DNA of 63,996 nt, the filler included, from an uncultured Myxococcia bacterium (lineage in GTDB: Bacteria > CAZTWC01): assembly GCA_964617105.1 (NCBI GenBank). It is 4 parts of 4 records of this genome, joined end to end, with 100 filler letters (N's around TTAATTAATTAA, not from the genome) between each part and the next. Parts side by side here need not be neighbours in the genome. Positions count along the whole stretch, not along the records: positions 1 to 18,871 come from CAZTWC010000041.1; 3 more parts are not named here. One strand, given 5' to 3'. Shown here piece by piece: positions 1 through 10,771 of the stretch. The translations under genes and the position numbers were made by a program. The first letter of the stretch is position 1. Each line of letters starts with the position of its first letter. The notes below the pieces were generated by a model. It ran no database searches. It worked only from the letters and a program-made list of their open reading frames with translations, and was not told the origin of the DNA.

Positions 1-258
1 ACCGCTAATAGAGAATTTTCCCTGCTCATCAGTGGTAACCTGGTTGGTATAGAGATCGGAAAACACTTTAACCTGGGTTCCGCCAGGAGCTTCCAAATCA
101 TCTTGCAGCACCACTGTCCCGGCGATTTTCGCTTTTTTCAAAAAGATTGGATCGGCCTGTTTATCGTAAGGATTATCTCTGGTGGATGGGTCCATACAAC
201 CCCAAAAAGCAAAAAGCGTTAGCAGCATTAAAGTAGCCAATAGATGTTTGCCATTCAT
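1..258 (-). CDS. Lipoprotein with carboxypeptidase-regulatory-like (CarboxypepD_reg) domain, 5' part only (runs off window start)
   Basis: Not in the ORF track. Manual translation: MNGKHLLATLMLLTLFAFWGC-MDPSTRDNPYD...KIAGTVVL...TTDEQGKFSISG. Lipobox-like Cys, AGAGG RBS upstream, open to base 1. Confidence 0.7.
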   Translation of the reverse strand, partial: MNGKHLLATLMLLTLFAFWGCMDPSTRDNPYDKQADPIFLKKAKIAGTVVLQDDLEAPGGTQVKVFSDLYTNQVTTDEQGKFSISG

Positions 259-333
259 GATTTAACCTCTTGTTATCGTAGAAAAAATTATATTTTTATT
301 GATAACTAACAGTGAAGTAATTTTTTTACTACC

Positions 334-343
334 NNNNNNNNNN
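334..343. other. Scaffold gap (10 N)
   Basis: Run of N. Confidence 0.99.
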
Positions 344-412
344 TATTCTCGTTTTTGAAAAGTAATTTAATAAATTAAGGGACGTTGATATATGATGAAG
401 GCGTCCGTTACT

Positions 413-1396
413 TTAAAATTTGTACCTGAACGATACTGCTGTTTGCTGGTTGGAAACTTCGATATTTATTGGCAAATATTCAACCTTGTCTCTGGCCGTA
501 AACAGAATATCAGCCATATTGACTAGATAGGTAAGGGCAAATATGCCCAGGGAGAGTTTGTGGTTGTTAATGGAATTTTTATGCCAATCATAATATCTCA
601 CTGTGGCCGGTTCATCTTCACGGTATTGTTTCCGTTCGCTGGAAGCGCGTAAATAGAAAAATATCGATGAAACTAAAGACAAAGATGCCAGGCTGGTATA
701 GGTGATTGCCCGTTCGGTCTCCCCCATATATAATTGGCCAATTCCCGGAAAAAGGGCGCTGCGCCAAATGGCCCCAGTCCTTGATTTATAGACCAAAATA
801 GACTCAAGAGACTGATTTAGCGACTTAACCGGAAAACTGGAACTCTCCTGCAAAAGGATGGTGGCTTTCTCGGCATCAATTAAACGGACAGAAAGGAGAT
901 ACTTATTGTCCAGTTGATACAACGAACCAGACACCATTGCCCGTGCTCCCAGTATTTTGCCCAGGCGGGGAGCGGTTTTTTCATCTACTGCACCGGTTTG
1001 GGAAAAAGCCATCTCTTCAAGAATCTGGGCTAGTTTTTCTCTTTCCAGCAAAATTATTCCTTTTTGTTTCTTAAGTGTTTCCGTCAGCAGGTGGGAGAGA
1101 GCCAAACCCTGCGAATTATCGGTTTTGTGGTTGGTTTTAAATGGAAGCACCACCAGGCGGTTATAACTTCCATCCAAACTTGACATCTTGCGAGCCAATT
1201 TTTGCCCCATTGCCTTTACATTATCAAACACATGGGGATAACTGATCTCCTTGGGGCTTTTTTTCGATTTTGCTTTGGTTTTTGCTTTTCCTCCGGCCCA
1301 GAGATTTGAACAAAAGAATACCACCAGGATTATAATTCCCACAAAATTGAGAAAATTCGCCGCATTGATTCGATAATGACGATAAAGCATAATCAC
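413..1396 (-). CDS. Exported CsgG/FlgO-like protein with C-terminal DUF5683-like membrane region
   Basis: Signal peptide; LLEREKLAQILEEMAFSQTGAVD...LGKILGA...VRLIDAE (CsgG/FlgO pattern); RSALFPGIGQLY. Confidence 0.7.
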   Translation of the reverse strand: MIMLYRHYRINAANFLNFVGIIILVVFFCSNLWAGGKAKTKAKSKKSPKEISYPHVFDNVKAMGQKLARKMSSLDGSYNRLVVLPFKTNHKTDNSQGLALSHLLTETLKKQKGIILLEREKLAQILEEMAFSQTGAVDEKTAPRLGKILGARAMVSGSLYQLDNKYLLSVRLIDAEKATILLQESSSFPVKSLNQSLESILVYKSRTGAIWRSALFPGIGQLYMGETERAITYTSLASLSLVSSIFFYLRASSERKQYREDEPATVRYYDWHKNSINNHKLSLGIFALTYLVNMADILFTARDKVEYLPINIEVSNQQTAVSFRYKF

Positions 1397-1477
1397 CTCG
1401 CATGCACATGATCGTATGACATAAAAATCGAAGAAAATAAATTTTTAACACTATTACCAGGATCTGTCAAGGTCAAC

Positions 1478-1496
1478 CACCCCCTTCAGGGGGGGC
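1478..1496 (-). terminator. GC-rich hairpin just downstream of the hybrid kinase
   Basis: CACCCCC-TTCA-GGGGGGGC next to the kinase stop; no U-tract. Confidence 0.3.
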
Positions 1497-1503
1497 GAGG
1501 ATG

Positions 1504-3888
1504 TCAAGAAGAAGCATAATCACTGATTACATGTAGAAAATTGGCTTTTTTTATAGGTTTGCTCAAATGTCCGCTGCAGCCGGCATCCAGGGACTTTTTA
1601 ACATCTTCCTTCAAGGCGTATGCTGTCAGCGCTACAATCGGAATGGGTTTTTTCCCTTTGGAAAACTCCCATTTTCTAATCTCCTTGGTGGCGCAGTACC
1701 CGTCCATCACCGGCATCTGCATATCCATAAAAACCAGGTCATAAGAACCTGATTTAAATTTATCCACCGCCACTTTACCATTCCCGGCAATGTCAACCTG
1801 ATGAATTGTTTTCTTCAAGTAACACTCAATTAAAAACTGGTTGTCCTGGGAATCATCAACCAGGAGTATGTTTAATGGAGTTGAGTCTAACGGAGGAACA
1901 ATTTTCCTCTGGCCGATGTTTTTTTCGGCAAAAGAGCGCTTTTTTATGCCATGTTTAATATTTCCCTGGATAGTACTTGCAATAATTGAGTGTTTAACCG
2001 GCTTGGTACAGTAAAAATCTATACCAATCTCCTTAACCTTTTGGGCATTTCCCAAATAACTATCGGAGGTAAACATCATTATTGACATGGGTTTATCGGT
2101 ATTAAAGGCAGAAATACTCTGGGCTTTTTTCAACATATCAAAACCATCCAGGCCCGGCATATGGTTATCAGTTAATATTATTTGAAAAGGTTGGTTGGCC
2201 TCATAGGCAGCCTTGATCTCCTTAAATCCCTGTTCGCCGTTGTCAGCCACAGTTACCTCAGCACTCCACTTGTACAGCATCTCTCTTAATATCATCCGGT
2301 TGGTTGAGTTGTCATCTACCACCAACACTTTGTATCCTTTTAGATTTAATTGATCTATTTCAGTCGCATCTTCCAAATTTTGGGCTGGGATTGAACAGGG
2401 GAGAATAAAATTAAAGGTGCTGCCTTTTCCCTCCTTACTTTCAATCCAAATTTTTCCGCCCATTAATTCAACCAACTTTTTAGAGATGGTCAGCCCCAGA
2501 CCAGTGCCGCCGTATTCACGGGTAACAGAAGAATCAGCCTGGCGGAAACTATTAAAAATAACCTCCCATTTTTCTTTCGGAATACCGATTCCGGTATCTT
2601 TTACCGAAAACAGGAGATTCAAATTGTCTGCCGTAAAATCAGGGTGGTCAGCACTGCTATCACGAAATCTTTGTACTTCGCAAACGATTTCACCCGCCGG
2701 AGTAAATTTAATGGCATTTCCTATCAAATTGGTCAGAATTTGTCTGATCCGTTCTAAATCTCCAATAATATTAACTGGCACATCATTGTGAATAAAGATA
2801 TTCAATTCCAGCCCTTTTTTATGAACACGCATCGCCAAGATCTGGCCTGTAGTTTCAACCATTTCCACCAGGTTGAAGGGGATATTTTCAATCTCAATTT
2901 GACCAGCCTCCACTTTGGATAAGTCTAGAATACTGTTGATCAGGCTAAGCAGAGTTTCCCCGGCCGAGTTGAAAATATTAATGTAGTTTTCTTGTTCATC
3001 ATTTAGATCGGTTTCTTTCAGCAACTCTGCCATGCCGATGATAGCGTTCATTGTGGTGCGGATGTCATGGCTCATATTGGCTAAAAATTCGCTTTTCATC
3101 CTACTGGCTTCTTCGGCCATCTCTTTGGCATGACGTAATTTTTTTTCTCCTTTACCATAATAATAATTGATCAGCACCAAACCTATCAGGCCAGCCAGAA
3201 AAACCGTCAGGTAAAAAAAATTGGTATGAGACTTTTCTTTGGCTGCCGCAGTTAAAAAAGCGATGGCCGGAGTTGTCACGCTAATACCGCCCCTAATATC
3301 TCCCTGTTTATATCCCTGTTTGGCATGGCATTTGAGGCAGCCTTTTTCGGTAATTAGAGGTGCCATATATTTAAACACTTTTCCCCCGGCGCCATAGTCC
3401 AGTAATTCTATCACCTCTTTGATACCAGTTTGAAAAGATTTCAAAGCCACTGTTTCCCACTTGTCAGCCACATTATCAGGCCGGATCGGATTGAGGCTGG
3501 TTATATGAAAGAGAATTTTCCTCATTTTTTCTGCTATTTCAGCAGTTTGGCGAGTCATATAGGCGGGATTAATCTTGGTTAACTTTAAACCATCGACAGT
3601 GATAACGTCCCGGTTGGGAACCTCCAGATAGGGATTGGGTTTGGTCGTATCGGTAATTGGCACATAAACACCGCCATGGCGCGCATTCCAGGAACGGTTG
3701 AGCACAACCTGGTCAAAATATCCCTTGGCCTGTTCCAGGGCTAATTCGTAAGTGTTTTTTTCGGATATAGATAAGTTGTTAGAATGTAGGACAAAAATAA
3801 ATATCGCCCAAAATGGAATCAAAGCCCAGCGAGCCAGTATAAAAAGGTTTTTATAGTTCATCAGGTTTCGTTTCCTTTTTGCTATCAT
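1504..3888 (-). CDS. Hybrid sensor histidine kinase: heme c (DUF3365/Tll0287-like) periplasmic sensor, HisKA, HATPase, 2 REC
   Basis: [52 protein letters not shown]; two REC domains (VDDN..., FMDMQMP). Confidence 0.92.
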   Translation of the reverse strand: MIAKRKRNLMNYKNLFILARWALIPFWAIFIFVLHSNNLSISEKNTYELALEQAKGYFDQVVLNRSWNARHGGVYVPITDTTKPNPYLEVPNRDVITVDGLKLTKINPAYMTRQTAEIAEKMRKILFHITSLNPIRPDNVADKWETVALKSFQTGIKEVIELLDYGAGGKVFKYMAPLITEKGCLKCHAKQGYKQGDIRGGISVTTPAIAFLTAAAKEKSHTNFFYLTVFLAGLIGLVLINYYYGKGEKKLRHAKEMAEEASRMKSEFLANMSHDIRTTMNAIIGMAELLKETDLNDEQENYINIFNSAGETLLSLINSILDLSKVEAGQIEIENIPFNLVEMVETTGQILAMRVHKKGLELNIFIHNDVPVNIIGDLERIRQILTNLIGNAIKFTPAGEIVCEVQRFRDSSADHPDFTADNLNLLFSVKDTGIGIPKEKWEVIFNSFRQADSSVTREYGGTGLGLTISKKLVELMGGKIWIESKEGKGSTFNFILPCSIPAQNLEDATEIDQLNLKGYKVLVVDDNSTNRMILREMLYKWSAEVTVADNGEQGFKEIKAAYEANQPFQIILTDNHMPGLDGFDMLKKAQSISAFNTDKPMSIMMFTSDSYLGNAQKVKEIGIDFYCTKPVKHSIIASTIQGNIKHGIKKRSFAEKNIGQRKIVPPLDSTPLNILLVDDSQDNQFLIECYLKKTIHQVDIAGNGKVAVDKFKSGSYDLVFMDMQMPVMDGYCATKEIRKWEFSKGKKPIPIVALTAYALKEDVKKSLDAGCSGHLSKPIKKANFLHVISDYASS

Positions 3889-4101
3889 TTAAAAGTAGTT
3901 TATATCCTATCAAATAAAATCGTAAAAATCAGGGAAAAATTATTAAAATTCCAGTGACCTTGCTATAATATTATTATCTTGCCCTGATGAAGGGGTCTGG
4001 CAGTTGACACCACCAAAATTTGTGCTATCATAATCGATGTTTAAATCCTCCATGTTTTTAAGTTGTTAGGCATTATTTTGTTGAAATCAGGGATAAATAT
4101 T

Positions 4102-4812
4102 ATGGATAAAATAGACCCAAAAAGCATGATAGAGGGCATTTCAACTGTATCTGAGGCTGTCCGGCAGTTCGTGCAAAGCGGACAAACTCTTCTGATCGGC
4201 GGTTTTGCCCGTGGAGGAGTCCCCTTCACCACTCTTGAGTACCTGGCAAATTATCCAGAAGATTTCCGGGAGTTGACTTTGGCTAAAATCGATGCCAATG
4301 AACCGGATATTGGTATTGATCTACTTTTACAGCAAGGTATGGTAAAAAAACTAATCACCTCGCATATTGGGCTGAATCCAAATTTTATTACTCAAATGAA
4401 TAAAGGGGAAATCGCCTGTGAATTCGTTCCCCAGGGTATCTTTGCAGAACGCATCAGAGCCGGAGGTGCAGGGATCCCGGCATTTTTGACCGATATCGGA
4501 CTGGGGACGGAAATTGCAGAAGGAGCAACAATTTTGGAACTGGATGGCAAGAAATACATTGCGGCCCGTGCCATTCGAGGCGATGTAGCCATTGTGCGGG
4601 CAGACATAGTTGACCGTGCCGGAAACTGTTGGTGGCGCGGTTCCAATCGCAACACATGCATAGTGATGGCTACCGCCTGTGACAAAGTGATAGTGGAAGC
4701 CGAGGTCATAAAGGAAACCGGTAGTATTGAACCTGAGAATATCCATTTGCCAGGAATGTTTACGGATGCGATTGTACAGGCCAAACCGGGCCGTCACCAG
4801 AGAGGAGCATAG
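4102..4812 (+). CDS. 3-oxoacid/acetate CoA-transferase subunit A
   Basis: GGF...VKKLITSHIGLN, PQGIFAERIRAGGAGIP; ATG at 4102 preferred. Confidence 0.9.
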   Translation: MDKIDPKSMIEGISTVSEAVRQFVQSGQTLLIGGFARGGVPFTTLEYLANYPEDFRELTLAKIDANEPDIGIDLLLQQGMVKKLITSHIGLNPNFITQMNKGEIACEFVPQGIFAERIRAGGAGIPAFLTDIGLGTEIAEGATILELDGKKYIAARAIRGDVAIVRADIVDRAGNCWWRGSNRNTCIVMATACDKVIVEAEVIKETGSIEPENIHLPGMFTDAIVQAKPGRHQRGA

Positions 4813-4816
4813 GTGC

Positions 4817-5497
4817 ATGGCCTTTCAAAGAAATATCCAACCAGAAGAGGAAATTATTCTCCGGCGGGCGGCCAGGGAGATCAAATCGGGCATGGTGGTG
4901 AATCTTGGTATTGGTTTACCCACATTTATGCCCAAATATCTGCCCAAAGAGAGTGAGGTAATCTTTCACTCGGAAAATGGTTTTGTAGGAATGGGGCCAC
5001 CCCCTCTTGAAGGTGGGACGCCTGATAACGACATTGTTGATGCCGGAGGCACAGCCTGCACCATTTTAAAAGGCGGGGCTTGTTTCGACAGTATTCTCTC
5101 CTTTGCCATCATTAGGGGCGGACACCTGGATATGGCGATTCTGGGAGCCTTTGAAGTGAGTCTCTACGGAGATTTGGCCAATTGGAAAATACCGGGAAAA
5201 TTGACACCTGGTATGGGAGGCGCAATGGAATTGGCTCAAAAGGCCAATCACTTGCTGGTAGTAAGCCATCATTTTAATAAAATGGGAAAATCCAAGTTGG
5301 TGCAGACCTGTACGCTTCCGGTGACGGCTCCAAATTGCGTTGACACGCTGGTGACCGAACGGGCGGTGTTTCGCAAACGAAATGGAAAATTGGCCCTGGT
5401 AAGCATTCATCCAGCCCATACCAGAGAAACAGCGTTACATGACATGGCAGACCTGGTAGAAGTGGTTGAACCACTTGAAAATTGGCTGCTTTTTTGA
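4817..5497 (+). CDS. 3-oxoacid/acetate CoA-transferase subunit B
   Basis: VNLGIGLPT, catalytic SENG, GDLANW, GMGGAMEL; ATG at 4817 directly after subunit A. Confidence 0.9.
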   Translation: MAFQRNIQPEEEIILRRAAREIKSGMVVNLGIGLPTFMPKYLPKESEVIFHSENGFVGMGPPPLEGGTPDNDIVDAGGTACTILKGGACFDSILSFAIIRGGHLDMAILGAFEVSLYGDLANWKIPGKLTPGMGGAMELAQKANHLLVVSHHFNKMGKSKLVQTCTLPVTAPNCVDTLVTERAVFRKRNGKLALVSIHPAHTRETALHDMADLVEVVEPLENWLLF

Positions 5498-5667
5498 TCT
5501 CTATAATTGATTCGGTTTTGAGGTGGATATTTTAACGAAAAAATAACGGAGGTTATGATGAAGGGCAGACCTATCTTGTAGAGATACTTAACGATTGACA
5601 TCAAGTCAACCCGGAATTAACCCTGTAAAATGCGGACACGGTCCAAAGCAAATCTATTTCGGTGCTG

Positions 5668-5961
5668 TTATCCCTCAAAATAGACCGGATCGCTCAACTC
5701 TTTGAAAGAAAATTTGTGGAATACATGGTAACCATTGTAATCCAACACCCTCAGATCATCGGTCTGTTTCAGGTCGCCCAATACCACATTGTACTGAAGC
5801 CCATATTCCTGTTTGACCTTTGCCAGGTCTACTTCACAGGCAATATATTTTTTGATCCCCTTGGCTGCCAGTTTGTCCACCAGATCCGGAGCAGTAAGGG
5901 AATCAAAAGTGGTCAGTAGTAAAATCGGTCCGGTACCAGTAAAAAATATCCCTGCTTTCAT
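5668..5961 (-). CDS. Conserved hypothetical cytosolic protein (97 aa)
   Basis: AAGGAG RBS; protein-like sequence (FTGTGPILLLT...GIKKYIACEV...DLRVLDYNG). Confidence 0.7.
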   Translation of the reverse strand: MKAGIFFTGTGPILLLTTFDSLTAPDLVDKLAAKGIKKYIACEVDLAKVKQEYGLQYNVVLGDLKQTDDLRVLDYNGYHVFHKFSFKELSDPVYFEG

Positions 5962-6172
5962 AACATCACTCCTTTTTTAGGCCTATATATTGCACTAGTA
6001 ATAATGCTATTCAATTTATACTAATTATATCGCAAATTGCCAAAAAAGTAAACCGCCCTTGACCAAAATTGAACAAATTTGACTATTTTTACTTGACCAG
6101 ATCGGGGGAGTAGTCATAAACTCTCTTAGCGAGATTTGTCTATAACCTATGATCTGAACCTTGTTAGGGGAA

Positions 6173-8402
6173 ATGATGTCATTTTCACGATTAATTTCCA
6201 TTCCAATTTTGAGTTTGCTTCTGTTTATTTTAGGGGCTTTGTTATACCTGCCCGGCCTGGGCAATTATCCGCTTTGGGATCCCTGGGAGCCCCACTATTC
6301 GCAGGTAGCCCTGGAGATGGAACAACACCATACCTGGCTGATGCCCTGGTATAGAAACAGCAATGTATGGTGGTCCAAACCAATCTTCACTTTTTGGCTA
6401 ATACGGGGTGGTTTTTCGATTTTTGGCCATAGCGATTTTGCTGCCCGTTTTTTTATCAGCCTGTTTGGCATTGGCGGTTCTATTTTAATGTTTTTGGGGA
6501 TGAACAAACTTTTCCGCTGCCGCTGGACCGCTTTTTTTGCTGCCCTGGTAATGCTCACCTCGCCCATGTATTTTTTAATCTCCTGCCAGGTGATGGTGGA
6601 TATTCCTTTTTTGGTCTTTTATATGAGCGCCATGGGATGCCTGGCGATTTATCTATACTTGCCAGGTTCCAGGCCAGATTCCGGGCCTGAACTTTCGCCC
6701 GAACATCAACCCGGGCAAGAGGCGAACAACCGTTCAGGTAAAATCTATTTATATCTATTCTATATGTTGCTGGGACTGGCTATGCTTGCCAAAGGTCTCT
6801 TGGCCCTGGTGCTGCCCGGCATGGTAGTTCTGGTGCTTATTATAAGCAGCCGGGAGTGGAAACTGTTGTTAAAACTAAAATTGATTCATGGCCTGGTTAT
6901 TTTCCTGGCTATTTCCGCGCCCTGGTTTATCTATATGACGGTTCAGCATGGCTTGCCATTTTTACGGGAGTTTATCATCGAACATCATTTCCAGCGAATG
7001 GCCGGCAGTATCGGCAAACCTACCGGCACTTTTGACTTTTACCTGAAGCAGGTGGGGGTGGGAATGTTTCCCTGGAGTGCGTTTATACCAGCCGCCATGT
7101 TTTTTCTTTTGCCCAGGGAGATATGTTCCCTCAGGAACCAACCCCAGGAGATAGGCAGCCAAACCAGTGAAGATTATCTTAAAACTCCCTATTATTTTAT
7201 TTTGCTTGCCATTTTTCTCCCCTTTTGTTTTTTTCAACTATCCTCCACCAAGTTCAGTCACTATATCTTTCCCATTCTCCCCTTTATTGCAGCGGCGATT
7301 GCTCTTTTTGCCCGAAGCCTGGTGCACCCAGGGACAACACTCCTGAAAAGATATATTATTACCATTTTCATATTAGCTCTATTTGCTATCTTGGCTTTCG
7401 ANNNNNNNNNNNNNNNNTAAAGATAGGCGGATGCCACCAGAGGTAAATCCCTATCTTTATTTTAAAATCATTTTTGGGGCAGGCGGAGTTTCTCTGCTAA
7501 TATTTTTGATATGGCAGCGTTTCAGTAAGGTGCAGTTGTTGGTATTCTCGCTGGTGCCAATTCTCTTTACGGCCCTGGTATTGCAGTACCTTTTTCCCCG
7601 GGTGGCTCCGGTTTTTTCTTTGAAGCCTTTGTATGAGGCCTACAAAAAACTAGAACCCGAGGAGAAGGCCCAGGTAGGCGATTATCAGCGTTGGCTGCGC
7701 CGAAGCGCCACCTTCTATTTTGGCAACCGGCTACGCCACCTGGACAGCCAGGATGATGTAATATCTTTTGTTCAGCGTCCCCACCAAATATATATGTTGG
7801 TGGACAAAATTATGCTGCCCAAATTACGAACCGAGGTTAAAAACCGGTTGAACCAGGTGCTATACGTGGTTTCCGACCAGCATCCACTGACCATGCTGGT
7901 AGCCAACCAACCCTCCAAAGAGGTAAAAGAAAACATTACCCAAAATATTTTCCGGGAAGATCAGCTGCCCGACAATATTCATAGGATTAATGGCCGGGCG
8001 GGAGCGGTATTGGAAAACCAGATCAAAATCTTGGGCTACACTCTGGAATCGGCCCGCATGCAGAGGGGCAAAAAATACCAGGTGACCTTTTATTACCAGG
8101 TATTAAAAAAAGTAGAGAAGGATTACATGGTGTTTGTGCATGGAGATTACAGTATTACCGCTGGGCACCGGATAAACCGGGATCACCTCCCCATGCGGGG
8201 ATTCTATCCCACTTCGGAATGGCAGCCTGGCGAGGTTATTCGCGACCAGTGGACACTGGTGGTGCCGCTAAAATATCCCTTTAAAGGTTTTACCCTCTGG
8301 GTAGGTTTCTTTTTAGGCGACAAGCGGCTAAAATTGGTAAACAACGCCAACTCTGATGGACACCACCGGATAAAAGGACCTTACATCAAGGTAGGGGATT
8401 GA
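6173..8402 (+). CDS. ArnT/PMT-family (GT83/GT39) membrane glycosyltransferase, split in silico by an assembly gap
   Basis: LWDPWEPHY...KPIFTFWL...LAKG...TKFSHYIFP; the downstream ORF continues in another frame after the 16-N gap (7402-7417); C-terminal DYMVFVH...WQPGEVIRD domain. Confidence 0.8.
7402..7417. other. Scaffold gap (16 N) inside the glycosyltransferase gene
   Basis: Run of N. Confidence 0.99.
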
Positions 8403-8428
8403 GGTCAGCGAACCGTTCTCTAAATGGT

Positions 8429-9175
8429 TCAGGATTTATCCCCGGTGATAAAAGGTTTGAACAGGTCGATGGGTATTGGAAAAATAGTAGTGGAGTTGTT
8501 TTCTGCCGCTACCTCACTGAGAGTTTGCAAATAGCGTAATTGCAATGCCATCGGCTCAGAGGAGATGATGGCCGAAGCATCGTGGAGTTTTTGGGCTGCC
8601 TGGAACTCCCCTTCGGCATTGATAATTTTGGCCCGTCTTTCCCGCTCCGCCTCAGCCTGCTTGGCCATGGCTCTCTGCATCTCCTGGGGAAGATCCACAT
8701 GTTTTACCTCTACGTTGCTTATTTTTACTCCCCAGGGATCAGTATGCTGGTCCAAAATTTTCTGCAACTCCAGGTTAATTTTTTCCCGTTCGCTTAAAAG
8801 ATCATCCAACTCCACCTGTCCCAGGATACTGCGCAGAGTGGTCTGGGCCAGTTGACTAGTAGCGTATAGATAGTTTTCCACCTCCAGGATAGATTTTTCT
8901 GGAAAAATCACCCTGAAATAGATGACGGCATTGACTTTAATGGAAACATTGTCTTTAGTAATGATATCCTGGGGAGGCACATCCCGGGCAATAGTCCTCA
9001 GGTCAACTTTGATCATTTGATCCACAAAGGGGATGATCCAGGTAAATCCTGGGCCTTTAGTGTCACTGTATCTTCCCAGCCGCAGCACCACACCCCGCTC
9101 AAACTCATTTAAAATCCGTACACCGGAAGCGATAATAAAGATAATGAAACCAACGGCTAATCCCCAACTTAACAT
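8429..9175 (-). CDS. SPFH/Band 7 (stomatin/slipin) protein
   Basis: [47 protein letters not shown]. Confidence 0.95.
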   Translation of the reverse strand: MLSWGLAVGFIIFIIASGVRILNEFERGVVLRLGRYSDTKGPGFTWIIPFVDQMIKVDLRTIARDVPPQDIITKDNVSIKVNAVIYFRVIFPEKSILEVENYLYATSQLAQTTLRSILGQVELDDLLSEREKINLELQKILDQHTDPWGVKISNVEVKHVDLPQEMQRAMAKQAEAERERRAKIINAEGEFQAAQKLHDASAIISSEPMALQLRYLQTLSEVAAENNSTTIFPIPIDLFKPFITGDKS

Positions 9176-9377
9176 AATTGTTCTCCTTTTTTTTAAAAAA
9201 GTGTCTTGACAAACTCACTTATAAACTTATTGCTTATGTTCAAATAATATCTATCATAATTCTGAAATCTTCTCCAGAGCCTTTTGAGATCATTTTTGCT
9301 ATTGGATGCAATGCTCGCAATCTAATAGGGTTGTCAGAAAATGGTATTTATGATAAATTTATCTGATTGTATAGAAA

Positions 9378-9872
9378 ATGANNNNNNNNNNTAGTATAGG
9401 TGATAAAGCAGTATATCCTGCTCACGGTGTAGCTGAAGTGATGGCCATTGAAGAGAAAGAGATTTCTGGTACTTCACACCACTTTTATGTTTTGAGGATA
9501 TTGGACAGTGAACTAAAAGTTATGGTGCCGGTGATCAATACCGATAATGTTGGATTAAGATCAATAATCTCGGCTCAGGAGGCTCAGGAAGTTATTGATG
9601 TTTTAAAAGACAAATCCGATGTTTCCAGCCGGAATTTAACCTGGAACCGGAGATACAAGGCTTTCATGGAAAAGATCAATTGCGGTTGCGCCATTAAAAT
9701 TGCCGAAGTATTAAGGGACCTCTATGCCCTGCAAAGTACCAAAGGCCTCTCCTTTGGCGAACGTCGTATGTTCGATACCGCCAAAAGCCTGTTAGTAAAA
9801 GAGTTGTCTTTGGCCAAAGAGGTGGATGAGCCTGAAATAGAAGGTGAAATAGAGGAGATATTTACCAATTGA
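9378..9872 (+). CDS. carD: CarD/CdnL family RNA polymerase-binding regulator (5' end hidden by gap 9382-9391)
   Basis: GDKAVYPAHGV, TWNRRY (wedge Trp), AEVLRDL, LSFGERRM; about 164 aa with no HMGA tail, so CdnL type. Confidence 0.93.
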   Translation: MXXXXSIGDKAVYPAHGVAEVMAIEEKEISGTSHHFYVLRILDSELKVMVPVINTDNVGLRSIISAQEAQEVIDVLKDKSDVSSRNLTWNRRYKAFMEKINCGCAIKIAEVLRDLYALQSTKGLSFGERRMFDTAKSLLVKELSLAKEVDEPEIEGEIEEIFTN

Positions 9873-10762
9873 CCATTAAATCAATTCCCTTCCATCCCCT
9901 TACCAGGGGTGATAAAATTGCGGTCTGCTCACCTTCTGGACCAATTAGAGAACAAAAAAAATTTTTCCAAGGTATTGAGATTCTTAAAAGTATCGGTCTA
10001 ATTCCTATTTGGCAAGATGATCTTTTTACTAAAACAGAATATTTAGCCGGCAATATCCAAAGACGCTTGGAAGAGATTTTGTATTGTTTCCAGGAGCCCG
10101 GTATTGCCGCCATCATGCCAGCCAGGGGCGGTTTTGGTTCCATGCACCTTTTGCTGCACCTGCTGGAGACACGGGAGGAATTACAGCCCCGGCCACTGAT
10201 AGGCTGTTCCGATATTACCGCGCTCCACAGTTTTAATGTGGAAATAATGGGGCACTACAGTTTCCACGGCCCCACGGTCTGTCAATTGGCTTTACAACAG
10301 GAAAAATCGCTACAAGCCTTTGAGTCGCTTCTATTTGAAGGTGTCTTCCCCTGGGAGGACCATCAATTGCAGATGGTTTTGCCCGGGCAAGCACAAGGTA
10401 GACTAAAAGGCGGCAACCTGTCTATTATTGCTAGTCTTATAGGTACTCCTTTTGATCCTTTTGCCAAGGACTGCATCCTTTTGTTAGAAGATGTAAATGA
10501 GCCTCTCTATAAAATCGACCGTATGCTAAGCCATTTTCAATTGACCGGACATTTGGACCGGATAAAAGGTCTTATACTGGGCGAATTTATTGGCTGCCAG
10601 GGCGAGGGAAACCTGGATGAAATTTTTTCCCGCTATTTTTCCCCCTTGAAAATTCCAATAATAAAAGGGTTGAAGAGTGGTCATGGAGATCTAAATTATT
10701 TGTTGCCACTGGGAGCAAAGGTATCTATAAAAACCGAACCGTGCCAAATTGTGATTATTTGA
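9869..10762 (+). CDS. ldcA: LD-carboxypeptidase (peptidase S66)
   Basis: YLAG, ARGGFG, IGCSDIT, GGNLS, LEDVNE, SGHG. Confidence 0.9.
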   Translation: MTIKSIPFHPLTRGDKIAVCSPSGPIREQKKFFQGIEILKSIGLIPIWQDDLFTKTEYLAGNIQRRLEEILYCFQEPGIAAIMPARGGFGSMHLLLHLLETREELQPRPLIGCSDITALHSFNVEIMGHYSFHGPTVCQLALQQEKSLQAFESLLFEGVFPWEDHQLQMVLPGQAQGRLKGGNLSIIASLIGTPFDPFAKDCILLLEDVNEPLYKIDRMLSHFQLTGHLDRIKGLILGEFIGCQGEGNLDEIFSRYFSPLKIPIIKGLKSGHGDLNYLLPLGAKVSIKTEPCQIVII

Positions 10763-10771
10763 AGTGAAATT

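Noticed and set aside
1472-1500. GTCAACCACCCCC-TTCA-GGGGGGG as an IS200/IS605 or IscB left-end remnant
   Set aside because: The resemblance is short, with no tnpA, tnpB, iscB or downstream RNA scaffold; a plain hairpin explains it.
5551-5582. GGAGG RBS plus the short ORF MMKGRPIL after the CoA transferase
   Set aside because: Only 8 codons with nothing co-oriented downstream; cannot be supported as functional.
7383-7446. Frameshift or two separate genes in the ArnT-like locus
   Set aside because: The frame change coincides with a 16-N gap of estimated length.
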